Assembly (NCBI GenBank): GCA_038227875.1 | Contig: JBBRPR010000039.1 | Location: 17,349-81,348 of the forward strand | Direction of reading: 5' to 3' | Source: Planctomycetota bacterium | GTDB lineage: Bacteria; Planctomycetota; SZUA-567; H5-PLA8 | DNA length: 64,000 bases | Shown: positions 1-9,676 of the stretch, one piece after another | Layout: every line of letters begins with the position of its first letter | How positions within the stretch are numbered: the first letter of the stretch is position 1 | The notes under the pieces: generated by a model | Database searches by the model: none | Told to the model about the DNA's origin: nothing | Seen by the model: only the letters and a program-made list of their open reading frames with translations | Made by a program: the position numbers and the translations under genes

Positions 1-227
1 GCAACCAACGCCTTTAAAGCGTGCTCTTGCGTCAGTTGCTCGATCGGAACATGCCACGAATCTTCAAGCGGTGAAATTCCATGAATGCCGGAGTCCGCAA
101 GACATTCCATCCAGAATTTTCGGCGCTCGTCTGGGCCGGCGCTCATACCTGGCGATGTACGTTCGCTCTTGTCGAATGCATACGGCGAGAATTCAACGAC
201 TGGAATCAGTGCCAGTTTTACAGACAT
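1..227 (-). CDS. Hypothetical protein, 5' part only (runs off window start)
   Basis: Manual translation from ATG at 227: MSVKLALIPVVEFSPYAFDKSERTSPG...HALKALV, open to position 1; no recognisable motif. Confidence 0.5.
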   Translation of the reverse strand, partial: MSVKLALIPVVEFSPYAFDKSERTSPGMSAGPDERRKFWMECLADSGIHGISPLEDSWHVPIEQLTQEHALKALV

Positions 228-338
228 GGTCAAAATTCCGCTCATTGACTATGGTCAACAAGCCAACCGCTCGCGTCAATATAAAAGGGTCCCGCCACCC
301 GACAGGACCCCCAAGAGCCAAGAGCTAACACCCAAGAG

Positions 339-728
339 CTACTTAATCTTCAGCACTTTCTTCGCCTTCTTAATGTCGCTCACGCGCATGATGAAGACGC
401 CGGCTTCCGCGCCGGTGGTGCCATAGGAGTATTCGATGTTGATCTTTGCGCGCGCCAGTTTCTGAGCGAGGGTCGCGAGCTGGCCGGGCTTGTCGGGGAT
501 CGAGAGCGCCAGCACGTCGGTGTCCACGACCAGCACGCCGGCGTCTTCGAGCAGCGCACGCGCCTTGCCGGGATTGCTGGTCACCAGGCGCACGACGGCA
601 TGGTCGATCGTGTCGGAGACGCTGATCGCCTTGATGTTGATGTCGTGTTCGGCGAACGTGCGGCACAGCCGGCCCAGCACGCCAGGTTTGTTGGCCAGAA
701 AAATCGATAGTTGTCGGACGACCGGCAT
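339..728 (-). CDS. ACT domain-containing protein (tandem ACT)
   Basis: QLSIFLANKPGVLG and LSIPDKPGQLA...INIEYSY are two ACT repeats; GAGGGG RBS upstream. Confidence 0.9.
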   Translation of the reverse strand: MPVVRQLSIFLANKPGVLGRLCRTFAEHDINIKAISVSDTIDHAVVRLVTSNPGKARALLEDAGVLVVDTDVLALSIPDKPGQLATLAQKLARAKINIEYSYGTTGAEAGVFIMRVSDIKKAKKVLKIK

Positions 729-814
729 TGAATTCCCCTCTCAAGTACCGCAGGCTTCCAGCCTGCGAGTGGCTTTTCGGTACATCAACACGCCGGCAGG
801 ATGCCGGCGGTACT

Positions 815-1576
815 TTACTTCACGCGCGCCGAGCCCGACTTCTTCACCGGGGAGCGCACGACGATCAGGTTTTCCACGGCGCGCACGCCGCCCTGCATGC
901 GGGCCAGTTCCTCGGCCAGCGTGCGGTCCATCATCGTCGGCACTTCGCCGCGCAGACAGGCCTTGCCGTCGGCGCAGGAGACCGTCACGCCGTCGGTCTC
1001 GAAGTCTTCGCAATACTGCAGCGCGCAGCGGATCGCGCGGGCGGAGGCTTCGTCGCTGATCTCTTCCAGCGGATCGACGGTCAGTTCGTTAATCACGCCC
1101 TTCACGCCGCGGCAGTGGCTGCAGACGTTTTCGGCGATGAACAATTCCTCGGCGGTGCGGACGTGGCCGTTGATGGTCACAACGCCATCGGTGACGTGAA
1201 CCACGGCGGTGCCCGGCGGCAATTCGGCATTGGCGTCGAGCGCCTGGCGGACGTGGACCGCAATTTGTCCGTCAGCAACCGTTTCTGACGGCTGCACGCG
1301 GATCAGGTCCTTCAGCGCGCGCACCCCGGCCAAGCCCATGACGAAGCGGTGCAGGCGTTCTTTCTGGCGGAAGGTGCGGACCAGGCCACGCATCATCACG
1401 AAGCCATCGCGCACTTCCAGCTCGACTTTCGTTTCGCCCAGATGCTTGAGATGAATGACAATGCGGTCTTGCAACTGCTTGTCATGTTCCACCACCGACG
1501 CTGACGCCGGCGTGTGAGCGTGCTGGGCGTGAGCAACGTGGGGCGCGTGCGTTTCTTTTCCATTCGGTCCGCTCAT
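815..1576 (-). CDS. BON domain protein (three BON domains)
   Basis: Three repeats of V.V.dG.V.l.G.V....e...ae......GV..V.n.l.V; ATG 1576 has a GGAGGA RBS (track ORF starts at 1639). Confidence 0.85.
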   Translation of the reverse strand: MSGPNGKETHAPHVAHAQHAHTPASASVVEHDKQLQDRIVIHLKHLGETKVELEVRDGFVMMRGLVRTFRQKERLHRFVMGLAGVRALKDLIRVQPSETVADGQIAVHVRQALDANAELPPGTAVVHVTDGVVTINGHVRTAEELFIAENVCSHCRGVKGVINELTVDPLEEISDEASARAIRCALQYCEDFETDGVTVSCADGKACLRGEVPTMMDRTLAEELARMQGGVRAVENLIVVRSPVKKSGSARVK

Positions 1577-1765
1577 GACGGTTCCTCCTGCAGCACTTCC
1601 GTTCGGTATTCGGTGTACAAGTGATAGCTCACAGTACACTTTTGCTCAAGCTTCTTCAAAGCTTAAGTTGAAGTCCCTGCGCACGAGTGAAGTCGATTAC
1701 ACCTTTTATCTCTCGCAAAGACGCAAAGACGCAAAGAACGGCGAGGGGACTGAAGCAGAGGATGC

Positions 1766-4700
1766 TCAAGGCATTTGTTTGATGCCCAGAAAGTCCAGCG
1801 CTTTCGTGATCGGCTCGACGGCCAGTGGTTCGCTGAAGGTCAGCTCGTTGGGCCTGGCGGTCATGTGGATCTTCGGGTTGTCCAGATGGACGGCGCCAGA
1901 TTCCAGCAGCGTGGCGTTCAGTGTGCCGGTCAGCTCCATTTTCTTCTCATCCTTCCACGTTCCGCGCTGCAGGATCAGCGGGATGTCGCCGCTGGCACCG
2001 CGCAGGGTCAGCGTCGGTTTGACTATCACGACGTCGGCCTTGCGCAGGTTCAGGGTGCTCACCAAGCGCGAGCGGCCGTCGACATTCCATGTGTAATCGC
2101 CGAAGAGCGACGCGCCGCCGGCGAGCGTCGGCATTTCGTTCGCCGGAGTACCATTGAGATTCGCGGCCAGGAAGGCGCGGCCGGTTTCGTTCAAGTCGGC
2201 GACGCTGACGCGGAAATGATCGAGGTGAATTTCGCTTACGGGGACGACGTTGTCGCTGACGACGCGGCCGTCGGCAGATGCGGTGATCTGGCTGGCGAGA
2301 TTGAGGTCGGCATTCTCGATCTGGAACTGTGTGCCTGCCGCGTCGGGAAGTGAACTCAGTTTCCCCGCGAGCTTCAAACTGCCGGCCTTGCCGAAGAGGG
2401 GCGGAGGCAGCGGCGGCATTTTGAAGCCACAACATTCCCCGGCGTACTGTTCAAGCGTCAGCAGCGTGTTGATACCCAGCGTGCCGTTGGTGTAATTTAA
2501 AATGCAGACCAGCGGTCCGCTGAGTTCCACGCGGTCTGTCGCGCTGAACCGGGCGCCAAACTTTGCGAACTTGCCGGTGAGCTTCGCGTTGATCGTTTTG
2601 CTCAGCGGCGAACCGCGCAGCGAGAGCGGCTGCATTTCCAGCTTCAGGTTCTGGATTTCCCCCGACGCTGGATTCGGTATGCCGCCATGATTCGGCGCCA
2701 TCATCGCTGCGATCGCATTCAGCGCCGTCGCGTCGAGCGCGTCGACACTGATGCTCACCGGACCGGCCTGCGCCTTCAGCGGTTCGAAGACGCCGTCGAA
2801 GGCGACGGACTTCCCGCCAGTCACGGCGCCCTGAAAATTACCCTGCAGTTTCCACGTCTCGTCGTTGCCGCGGAAGACGCCGACGTTGAGCGCATTGGTT
2901 TTGAGCCAGCCGAGTTTCAACGCATAGTTCGAGCCGGTTTCGCCGGGCTCCAGCGACTGCAGGTAGGTGAAGTCCAGATCCGGCAGCGTGAAAAGCGCGA
3001 CTTCCGGCAGGTACGCCAGCGGCGGCTTGACGTTGAGCGTGCCGCCGTGCGTCACGCCAGTGACGGTCAGCTGCCCGCCGACCATCTTGACGTCCAGCGC
3101 CGCGCTCGCTTTGGTGAATTTCGCCGACGGAATTGTGACGGTTTCGAGCACCGCCGCCGAGGTGTTGTAATGCGCGGCACGCAGCGCGTTGACGATCATC
3201 GGTTGGAGCTGTTCGGGCAGCGGGAAGATCAGCGCCGGCGCATCGATCTCCACATGCGCGGAAGCGTCGCCGGAAATCGGATCGTAGACCGCACGCGTAA
3301 CCATGATCGTGCCGTCGACGGTGACGCCGAAAAGGTCAGACACATTCACGATGCGGTTCAGCGCCGCCCACGGCAGGGCGAGTTTCGTGATCTGCACCGG
3401 TTTGGCGCGCCAGAGCCCCTTCTCGTCGGGCCCGAACGCGAGCGAGAATTCTCCGGAGAGGCCCGAGTTCGTCGGCTGCCCCTTCGCCAGTGTTTCCGTC
3501 AGCGTGCCGCTCAAGGCGACCGGATTGTAATTGTTGTCGCTGCCGAGTTGCGCCGTGACATCGCCACCGAGCACCAGCGCCGGCACGCGCATCGGCAGCG
3601 GCCAGCGGTGGAGCGCGAAGTCGCGGAGCTTCAAGCCGGAGATCGTGACGCCGCTGTGGCCGTCGGCGCCATGCGCCAAAGTTGGGCGCACGTTTTTCAC
3701 GCTCAGTTGTCCGTCGAACGCGAAGGGCAGTTCGGGAGAGATCCCGCCTTTGGTTTTGGATCCCGCATAGAACAATTTTCGGCCGGCGTCGGACTGCATG
3801 AATTGTCCGATGTCGACGTCCAATTCCTGCACTGTCGTGTCCGCGGAGAGGCTCGCCCACGGCGCTTCGTTCTGGCCCCACGGATCGGGGCGCAGATCGT
3901 GAATCTGAAAGAGCGCGCTCAACACGCTGCCGACGTTCACCTTGGCTTTGGTCAGCGCCGGCCAGTCGAGCCGCGCCTGAATTCCAACCGGCGGAAGTTC
4001 GCCAATGCCTGGCACGCTGACGCGCACGTCGCTGGTCGCGAGATCGCCGCCCGCATGAATCTCACCGGTCCTGGGCAGCGTGGCGGAAACGTTGCTCGCC
4101 CGAAGCGTTCCCAGCACGTCAAAACCGTCGACGGACGCCGGCAATTTCACCAGCGCTTTCAGACCCGCGAGATCGAGATTCGCCGAGGCGTTTTCGATCG
4201 TGGTGACGCTGGGCGATGTGCTGATTTTCTCCGCCGCGATGCTGCCGACCTGGTCGAGCGTCACTTTGCTCTCGGTCAGCACGGTCGTCGCGCCAACGGC
4301 CGACATGCTCAGCAGGGTCTGCAGTTGCAGGTTGCGATTGGCGAGCGTCATGTCGAGGCCGGGCGCGAGAGTGCTCTGGATTTTTTCGAGCTCGAAGCGT
4401 CCGGAGAGCTTCAGCGGCAGCGGCGTTTTCGCATCGGCGACCGCGTCGCGCCGGATCGAAAGCTCATAGTTGAGCTTGCCCGTCACGCCCGTGAGCGCCG
4501 GGAAATCTTTTTCGAGCAGCGCGCCGCCGTTTACATTCGCGGCAAGATTTTCGCCCGGGCCCAGCGATCCGGTGGCGGCGAGCGGTTCGCCGGAATCGAG
4601 CGTGCCGCGCAGCGTGAAACTCCGCGGCGCCGGGCGGCCGGTGTTCGTGAAACTGGCGTAGGCGTCTTTCAGGTGGATAAATTGCTGCGTGTCGCTGCCG

Positions 4701-5206
4701 ATCGCGAAGTCGCCGTTCTGGAGCACGATCTGTTCGATCTGCGTCGACGGCTCATTCGATTCCGACGTCTTGACCGTAAAATTCCATCGCCCGTCGCTGG
4801 CGCGCTTCAAATCGAGCGCCGGCTTATCGATGCGCAGCGCGCGGATGCGCCCGGAATAAAGCAGCGGCCCGAAATCCCAATCGACGTGAACGCCATCGAC
4901 GGTCAGCGGCTTGCCGGAGTTGGCCGCGTCGACCTGGATTTTTTCGATATTCAGATTTTCCAGCCAGTTCGTCGAGACGCTCCCGACCTGCGCGTGAATA
5001 CCGAAGAGCGACGACAATTCGTTCGCCACCGTGGCGTTCAACATCCCCATGCGGACGTAGAACACCAGCGCGACGAACACGACCAGCGGCAGGATGAGCA
5101 GGACGAGCGCCGAAACAATCAGCCAGAATTTCGCGCCGCGACGCCGCCGGACGGCGGGAGGCGGAATGGGCGGCATGAGGGGAGGCGTGTTGGCGTCGGC
5201 GGTCAA
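1766..5206 (-). CDS. Large membrane-anchored AsmA/TamB-like beta-rich protein
   Basis: Single N-terminal TM (FWLIVSALVLLILPLVVFVALVFY), AsmA-like LRIDKPALDLKRASDGRWNF, long beta-strand-rich body; start uncertain (TTG 5206 or ATG 5176). Confidence 0.65.
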   Translation of the reverse strand: MTADANTPPLMPPIPPPAVRRRRGAKFWLIVSALVLLILPLVVFVALVFYVRMGMLNATVANELSSLFGIHAQVGSVSTNWLENLNIEKIQVDAANSGKPLTVDGVHVDWDFGPLLYSGRIRALRIDKPALDLKRASDGRWNFTVKTSESNEPSTQIEQIVLQNGDFAIGSDTQQFIHLKDAYASFTNTGRPAPRSFTLRGTLDSGEPLAATGSLGPGENLAANVNGGALLEKDFPALTGVTGKLNYELSIRRDAVADAKTPLPLKLSGRFELEKIQSTLAPGLDMTLANRNLQLQTLLSMSAVGATTVLTESKVTLDQVGSIAAEKISTSPSVTTIENASANLDLAGLKALVKLPASVDGFDVLGTLRASNVSATLPRTGEIHAGGDLATSDVRVSVPGIGELPPVGIQARLDWPALTKAKVNVGSVLSALFQIHDLRPDPWGQNEAPWASLSADTTVQELDVDIGQFMQSDAGRKLFYAGSKTKGGISPELPFAFDGQLSVKNVRPTLAHGADGHSGVTISGLKLRDFALHRWPLPMRVPALVLGGDVTAQLGSDNNYNPVALSGTLTETLAKGQPTNSGLSGEFSLAFGPDEKGLWRAKPVQITKLALPWAALNRIVNVSDLFGVTVDGTIMVTRAVYDPISGDASAHVEIDAPALIFPLPEQLQPMIVNALRAAHYNTSAAVLETVTIPSAKFTKASAALDVKMVGGQLTVTGVTHGGTLNVKPPLAYLPEVALFTLPDLDFTYLQSLEPGETGSNYALKLGWLKTNALNVGVFRGNDETWKLQGNFQGAVTGGKSVAFDGVFEPLKAQAGPVSISVDALDATALNAIAAMMAPNHGGIPNPASGEIQNLKLEMQPLSLRGSPLSKTINAKLTGKFAKFGARFSATDRVELSGPLVCILNYTNGTLGINTLLTLEQYAGECCGFKMPPLPPPLFGKAGSLKLAGKLSSLPDAAGTQFQIENADLNLASQITASADGRVVSDNVVPVSEIHLDHFRVSVADLNETGRAFLAANLNGTPANEMPTLAGGASLFGDYTWNVDGRSRLVSTLNLRKADVVIVKPTLTLRGASGDIPLILQRGTWKDEKKMELTGTLNATLLESGAVHLDNPKIHMTARPNELTFSEPLAVEPITKALDFLGIKQMP

Positions 5207-5237
5207 ATGATCACCCGCTTCCCAAGAGGCAACGCTC

Positions 5238-5428
5238 TCGAAGGGTGGCCCGGCCCCTCGGGCCGGGTCGCTTGCGACAAGAAGCACCAGGACACTCGTT
5301 AAATTTTTGGAGAGGAAACGATTGTCCGATGTGCTTCGAAGTCGTGTGAGTTCTTGGCAGGGGAGATTCTGTCCTGGAGCTTCTTGTTGCTAACGCAACC
5401 CGGCCCGTTGGGCCGGGCCACCCTTCGA
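5238..5428. repeat. REP doublet / REPIN-like inverted repeat
   Basis: Arms 5238-5294 and 5370-5428 are imperfect reverse complements; each contains hairpin CCCGGCCC-nnn-GGGCCGGG. Confidence 0.8.
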
Positions 5429-5500
5429 ATGGAACGCACTCGGGACGACGTATGCGTCCAGCGCGCTTCGACATTCGACATTCGTCATTCGACATTCGCT

Positions 5501-6598
5501 TCACGCCCGCCATCCCAGCGGCTCCACATAAAGTCGGTACTGCGGCCCGTGCGATTCCTGCAGCGTGTACCAGAGCGACGTGGGGCTGCCGCAAACTTTC
5601 AGGCGCGCGCCAAGCTGCGCGTGTTCGCGCAGGCGTTCAGCCAGGTCTTCACCTTCGTCGTGCTGGTAAAAATTCGGCGAATAGAGCACCACTTTCTGGT
5701 ATCGGCTCAACGCGTCTGCAACTGTGCCCGCGGGGTCGAACAATTCCGGCGCGGATTCCGGACTGGGCAGAGCGCCGTCATCGGCGAGCACCGCGTTGGC
5801 TTCCGCGATCAGGTTCCAAAGATCGTTGGCGAAGCGCGCAGAGCCGAGGCCTTCCGACCCATCGAACGCGAGCACCACTGTTTTCGCGCGGGCCGGCACG
5901 TGAAGGCTGAACAGCGCTTCTTCCAGCGTCGACTCCCACTCTCCCCCGCCTCCGCCGGCCAAGTAAACATCGGCCGTGGGAATTTCGGGATGCGCGGAAT
6001 TCTGCGGCGCCGACGCGGCTGGCTGCGCGGCGACGACGCCCATCGCCAGCGTGCGGCCAAGCGTCAATTCGAGTGAAAAGTCGAGCGGCTCCGGCAGCGC
6101 GACCGGAAGCGCCTGCGACAACTTCGGGCGGATGGCAACGCGCAAATCCGCGGCGGCGTGCGCGGCATCCTCAGGAGCGGGCCAGCCCTCGTGCCACATC
6201 CACGGACGCAGATCGTGATCGCCCACGATCTCTTCGCCGTAGCGGTGAATCGCACCGCGGCCGAGAATCGGCGCGCCCGTTCCGGGATAAACCACGAAGC
6301 CAATGCGCGAGGGCCGGATCTCGGCTTCGAGCAGCGCTTTGACGACCTCCGGCAAGACCAGGTCGTACGGCGCCGGCAGCGACAGGTCGCCGACGAGCAC
6401 CGAAACGCGGCGGCGGCCGCGCGCCAATTCTTTGAGTGGCCCCAGCGCCGCGCGGACGAGTTCCTGCTGCGCGGTGGCGCTCAGCGGCGCACCCGATTCC
6501 GACGGACGGGCCGTCGGCAGGAGTTCGACGCCCTCGGGAACTTCGAGCGTCAGGCCCGCGGCGCCCGCTGAAACGGATACGGAGCGTGGACTCATCAA
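5501..6598 (-). CDS. Degenerate lactate racemase (LarA/DUF2088) N-terminal domain protein
   Basis: LKELARGRRRVSVLVGDLSLPAPYDLVLPEVVKALLEAEI...GFVVYPGTG...YGEEIV resembles the LarA N-terminus; start overlaps the dapB stop. Confidence 0.6.
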   Translation of the reverse strand: MMSPRSVSVSAGAAGLTLEVPEGVELLPTARPSESGAPLSATAQQELVRAALGPLKELARGRRRVSVLVGDLSLPAPYDLVLPEVVKALLEAEIRPSRIGFVVYPGTGAPILGRGAIHRYGEEIVGDHDLRPWMWHEGWPAPEDAAHAAADLRVAIRPKLSQALPVALPEPLDFSLELTLGRTLAMGVVAAQPAASAPQNSAHPEIPTADVYLAGGGGGEWESTLEEALFSLHVPARAKTVVLAFDGSEGLGSARFANDLWNLIAEANAVLADDGALPSPESAPELFDPAGTVADALSRYQKVVLYSPNFYQHDEGEDLAERLREHAQLGARLKVCGSPTSLWYTLQESHGPQYRLYVEPLGWRA

Positions 6599-7416
6599 GC
6601 TTTCGAATCCAGTCCCAGCACTTCGGGCATGGTGTACATGCCCGGGCCTTTCTTATTTTGAATGAGCCACTTCGCCGCTCGCAACGCGCCGCGCGCGAAC
6701 GTGTCGCGGCTGGAAGCTTTGTGCGTCAGCTCGAGGCGCTCGCCACCGATCGAAAAATACGCGGTGTGTTCGCCGACCACGTCGCCCATGCGGATGGCGT
6801 GGATGCCGATTTCCTTCGGCGTGCGCTTGCCGGGCATGCCGTGGCGACCGTAGACGCCAACTTGTTTCAGATCGCGGTCGAGTCCCTTGCAGATCGCTTC
6901 CGCCAATCCCAGGGCGGTGCCGCTGGGCGAATCAATCTTCTGGTTGTGATGCGCTTCCGTGATCTCGACGTCGTAGCCGTCTCCGAGCGTCCGCGCGACC
7001 AACTCCGCGGCTTTGAAGAGCACGTTGACGCCGACGGAATAGTTCGGCGCATGAATGATCGGAATGCGTTGCGCCGCCTTGGCGATGCGCGCCTTCTCAT
7101 CGTCGGTCATTCCCGTCGTGCCGATGACAATCGGGATGCCCAGTTCCGCGGCCTGTTCGCAGTTGTCGGTGGCGGCGGAGTGAATCGTAAAATCGATCAC
7201 CACCTGCACGCCGCAATTGGGGCAGATCGACCGCGCGACCGGCGCGCCGAGCTCCTTGCCGAGATTACTGGCCGTGCCCACATCCTTGCCGATCCACGGA
7301 TGGCCGGAGTGTTCCAGCGCGTAGACGACTTTCAGATCCGCGTCTTCCAGCGCCAGCGCGACGAGACGTTGACCCATGCGGCCGGCGGCGCCGGCGATAC
7401 AAACGTTGACGGGCAT
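6595..7416 (-). CDS. dapB: 4-hydroxy-tetrahydrodipicolinate reductase
   Basis: GAAGRMG, VIDFT, IVIGTTG, EAHHNQKIDSPSGTA, RMGDVVGEH, FARGAL motifs. Confidence 0.97.
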   Translation of the reverse strand: MPVNVCIAGAAGRMGQRLVALALEDADLKVVYALEHSGHPWIGKDVGTASNLGKELGAPVARSICPNCGVQVVIDFTIHSAATDNCEQAAELGIPIVIGTTGMTDDEKARIAKAAQRIPIIHAPNYSVGVNVLFKAAELVARTLGDGYDVEITEAHHNQKIDSPSGTALGLAEAICKGLDRDLKQVGVYGRHGMPGKRTPKEIGIHAIRMGDVVGEHTAYFSIGGERLELTHKASSRDTFARGALRAAKWLIQNKKGPGMYTMPEVLGLDSKA

Positions 7417-7530
7417 TGCAGTGTCCTCAAGCAGTCAGGAAACGATCCAACGAGGGATCGCATACTATCCGAGAGGATGGGCATTGGCAGGGAGAATTTG
7501 GAGGGGGCTCGTGCCGTCAGGCAGAGAGAC

Positions 7531-7664
7531 CATTTTCCATTTTCGATTGAACGGCCTTCGCGCTGCGCGCGTGCCTGTGTGTCTGTGTGACAAGGAGCAA
7601 GCGGCTGTACGCTTGCTCCTTGTCACACACCTTGCGGAAGTCGTTCAATGGAAAATGGAAAATG
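7531..7664. repeat. Nested stem-loop with REP-like core
   Basis: Outer arms CATTTTCCATTTTCGATTGAACG / CGTTCAATGGAAAATGGAAAATG enclose hairpin GTGTGACAAGGAGCAAGCG...CGCTTGCTCCTTGTCACAC (7585-7628). Confidence 0.75.
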
Positions 7665-7665
7665 C

Positions 7666-8580
7666 TCAGCTTCTCTTCCGCAGCCACTTGTCCCACTTCT
7701 CCACGTCTTCTCCGAAATTCTGACCGGAGAGTTCTTCCATCGCGTTGACGCAAGGGGCTTTGACAGTGGTGCGGATGCGCGTGATTTTCAGTTCGGGGAA
7801 CTGGATCGGGAAACTCAGGCGCAGGATCAGATTCACCTGAGCGCCACTGTTGACGGTGTAGCTGTCGATCTGCCGCGTCTTGAAATTCGCCAGTTCCGTG
7901 TTGGTGACGCGAGTTTCGATCGTGGCGTAGTAGGACTTCTCCAGCAGCGACTGGAAGATGCGGTTGTCGCCGTCCACCAGCGCGCGGCCGCCTTCGACGG
8001 CATTGTCGTGTTCGGCCTGCAATTTCACGTTGCCGGCTTCATCGTACGTCGCGAGGAGACAGTCGAGGAAGCGCTTGGTGGCGACGTCGTCTTTGCGCAT
8101 CTTAATGGACGCCACGGCGGCTTTGCGCACGGCGTCGGAAGGATCGGTGATCGCGACAGCAACCAGCGCGTTGCTGATTTCGGTGCTCGTCAGCTTCGCC
8201 TGGTTCAGCGCGTTGAGCGCACCGCGCCGCAGTTCGGGCTGCGGGTTATTCTTCGGATCCAGGCAGGAGATCAGCAGCAGCTTGTTGGACGAATCCTTCG
8301 CCAGCGCCTGCGCCTCGCTCTCCAGACTTTTGCCGTCGACGAACGATTCGGTGTCGTAGGCGAACTTCTTGCAGATCGTCAGGCCCTTGGCACTGTCGGT
8401 CGCTTTCTTTTCTTCGCGGCGATTGAGCCCAATGGCGAGGTCGTCGTCTGTGGCATCGGTGGAGGCGGTCGACGTCGCCGGCACTTCCGGCTCCGCGCAG
8501 AACGCCGGCAGCGCCGAAAACGCGACGCACGCAGCGGCCATGCTGCTCAACAGAATCTGTTTGGGAAGAACCATGGGCAT
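7666..8580 (-). CDS. Secreted hypothetical protein with HEAT-like repeats
   Basis: Signal peptide-like N-terminus; ELRRGALNAL and DPSDAVRKAAVASI HEAT-like motifs; C-terminal LSGQNFGEDVEKWDKW. Confidence 0.65.
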   Translation of the reverse strand: MPMVLPKQILLSSMAAACVAFSALPAFCAEPEVPATSTASTDATDDDLAIGLNRREEKKATDSAKGLTICKKFAYDTESFVDGKSLESEAQALAKDSSNKLLLISCLDPKNNPQPELRRGALNALNQAKLTSTEISNALVAVAITDPSDAVRKAAVASIKMRKDDVATKRFLDCLLATYDEAGNVKLQAEHDNAVEGGRALVDGDNRIFQSLLEKSYYATIETRVTNTELANFKTRQIDSYTVNSGAQVNLILRLSFPIQFPELKITRIRTTVKAPCVNAMEELSGQNFGEDVEKWDKWLRKRS

Positions 8581-8729
8581 GCTCCTCGCACTGCACTCTA
8601 TCTCGCTGAACCGACGCTACTCTGTCGGAGATAAGCGGATTTTGCTGCATGAAAGTGTAATGAATCGCACTACTAAAAGTATCCAAAAATCCGCTCGCGG
8701 GATTTGAAATGCGGAGATAACTTGGGCGT

Positions 8730-9269
8730 ATGCAGACCTCCAAACGCAAGAGCGCCAGCACCGCCAACGCACCCGCAGTTTCCGCTTCGACCGAACCGAA
8801 GCGCAAGCGAGTCTATATGGCCGGACCGCTGTTCACGCTCAATGAACGCATCATCAACCGCCAGCTGGCCGCGGCCATCGAGCAGCAGCTCAGCGACGTG
8901 CGCGTGCTGCTCCCGCAGGATTTCAAATACGACGACCGCTTCAACGATCAACGCGCGTTCGGCGTTATTTTTAAAGGGTGCATCGACGGCATCGACTCCA
9001 GCGACTGCCTGGTCGCGTGGCTCGACGGCCCGGATTCCGACAGCGGAACATGCTTTGAAGTCGGTTACGCCTACGCCAAAGGCATTCCCGTCATCGGCGT
9101 GCGCACCGATTTCCGGCTCAATCAGGAGCGCGGCGTCAACGTGATGCTCTCGCGCGCGTGCAAGGCGTTTGTGTACCGGCCGTCCTTCGACGAGGATCTC
9201 AACGCGCTGGCGCGGGACATCGCCCGCGCGCTCAAAAAACACGTGGTGAAGCAGGAACCCCGCTCATGA
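8730..9269 (+). CDS. Nucleoside 2-deoxyribosyltransferase family protein
   Basis: VYMAGPLF, LPQD, DGPDSDSGTCFEVGYAYAKGIPV...RTDFR, NVML. Confidence 0.88.
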   Translation: MQTSKRKSASTANAPAVSASTEPKRKRVYMAGPLFTLNERIINRQLAAAIEQQLSDVRVLLPQDFKYDDRFNDQRAFGVIFKGCIDGIDSSDCLVAWLDGPDSDSGTCFEVGYAYAKGIPVIGVRTDFRLNQERGVNVMLSRACKAFVYRPSFDEDLNALARDIARALKKHVVKQEPRS

Positions 9270-9676
9270 CGCCCAGCACACCCAAGCGCATCTACCTCTG
9301 CGGCCCGATCATGGACTGCAAGCTGCACGAGACCAAAGACTGGCGCACGCGCTCCAAGGAACGCCTGGCTGGCCGCTTCATTCTGCTCGACCCGATGCGC
9401 CGGAGTTTCCGCGATAACGAAATCGACAGCGCCAACGAGATCGTGGAATTCGATCTCCAGGACATCCGCGACGCCGATTTGATTCTGGTTAACTATTCCA
9501 AGCCCAGCGTCGGCACGTCGATGGAAGTGTTTTACGCCAGCCACGATTTGAACAAGTTCGTGATCGCGTTTTCGCCCGTGGAATTCAAAGACTGCTCGCC
9601 GTGGATGGTCCGCTTCTGCACCAAAATCACGCGCGACCTGGATTCCGCGATCACGTACATCGAACGCCATTTTTAG
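9266..9676 (+). CDS. Second NDT/Rcl(DNPH1)-like nucleotide N-glycosidase family protein
   Basis: IYLCGPI...DWR...LDPMRR...DLQDIRDADLILV...PSVGTSMEVFYA...SPW; ATGA overlap with the upstream gene. Confidence 0.8.
   Translation: MTPSTPKRIYLCGPIMDCKLHETKDWRTRSKERLAGRFILLDPMRRSFRDNEIDSANEIVEFDLQDIRDADLILVNYSKPSVGTSMEVFYASHDLNKFVIAFSPVEFKDCSPWMVRFCTKITRDLDSAITYIERHF

Noticed and set aside
9158..9265. Upstream extension of the second NDT ORF
   Set aside because: Overlaps the first gene; ATG 9266 gives a standard ATGA coupling
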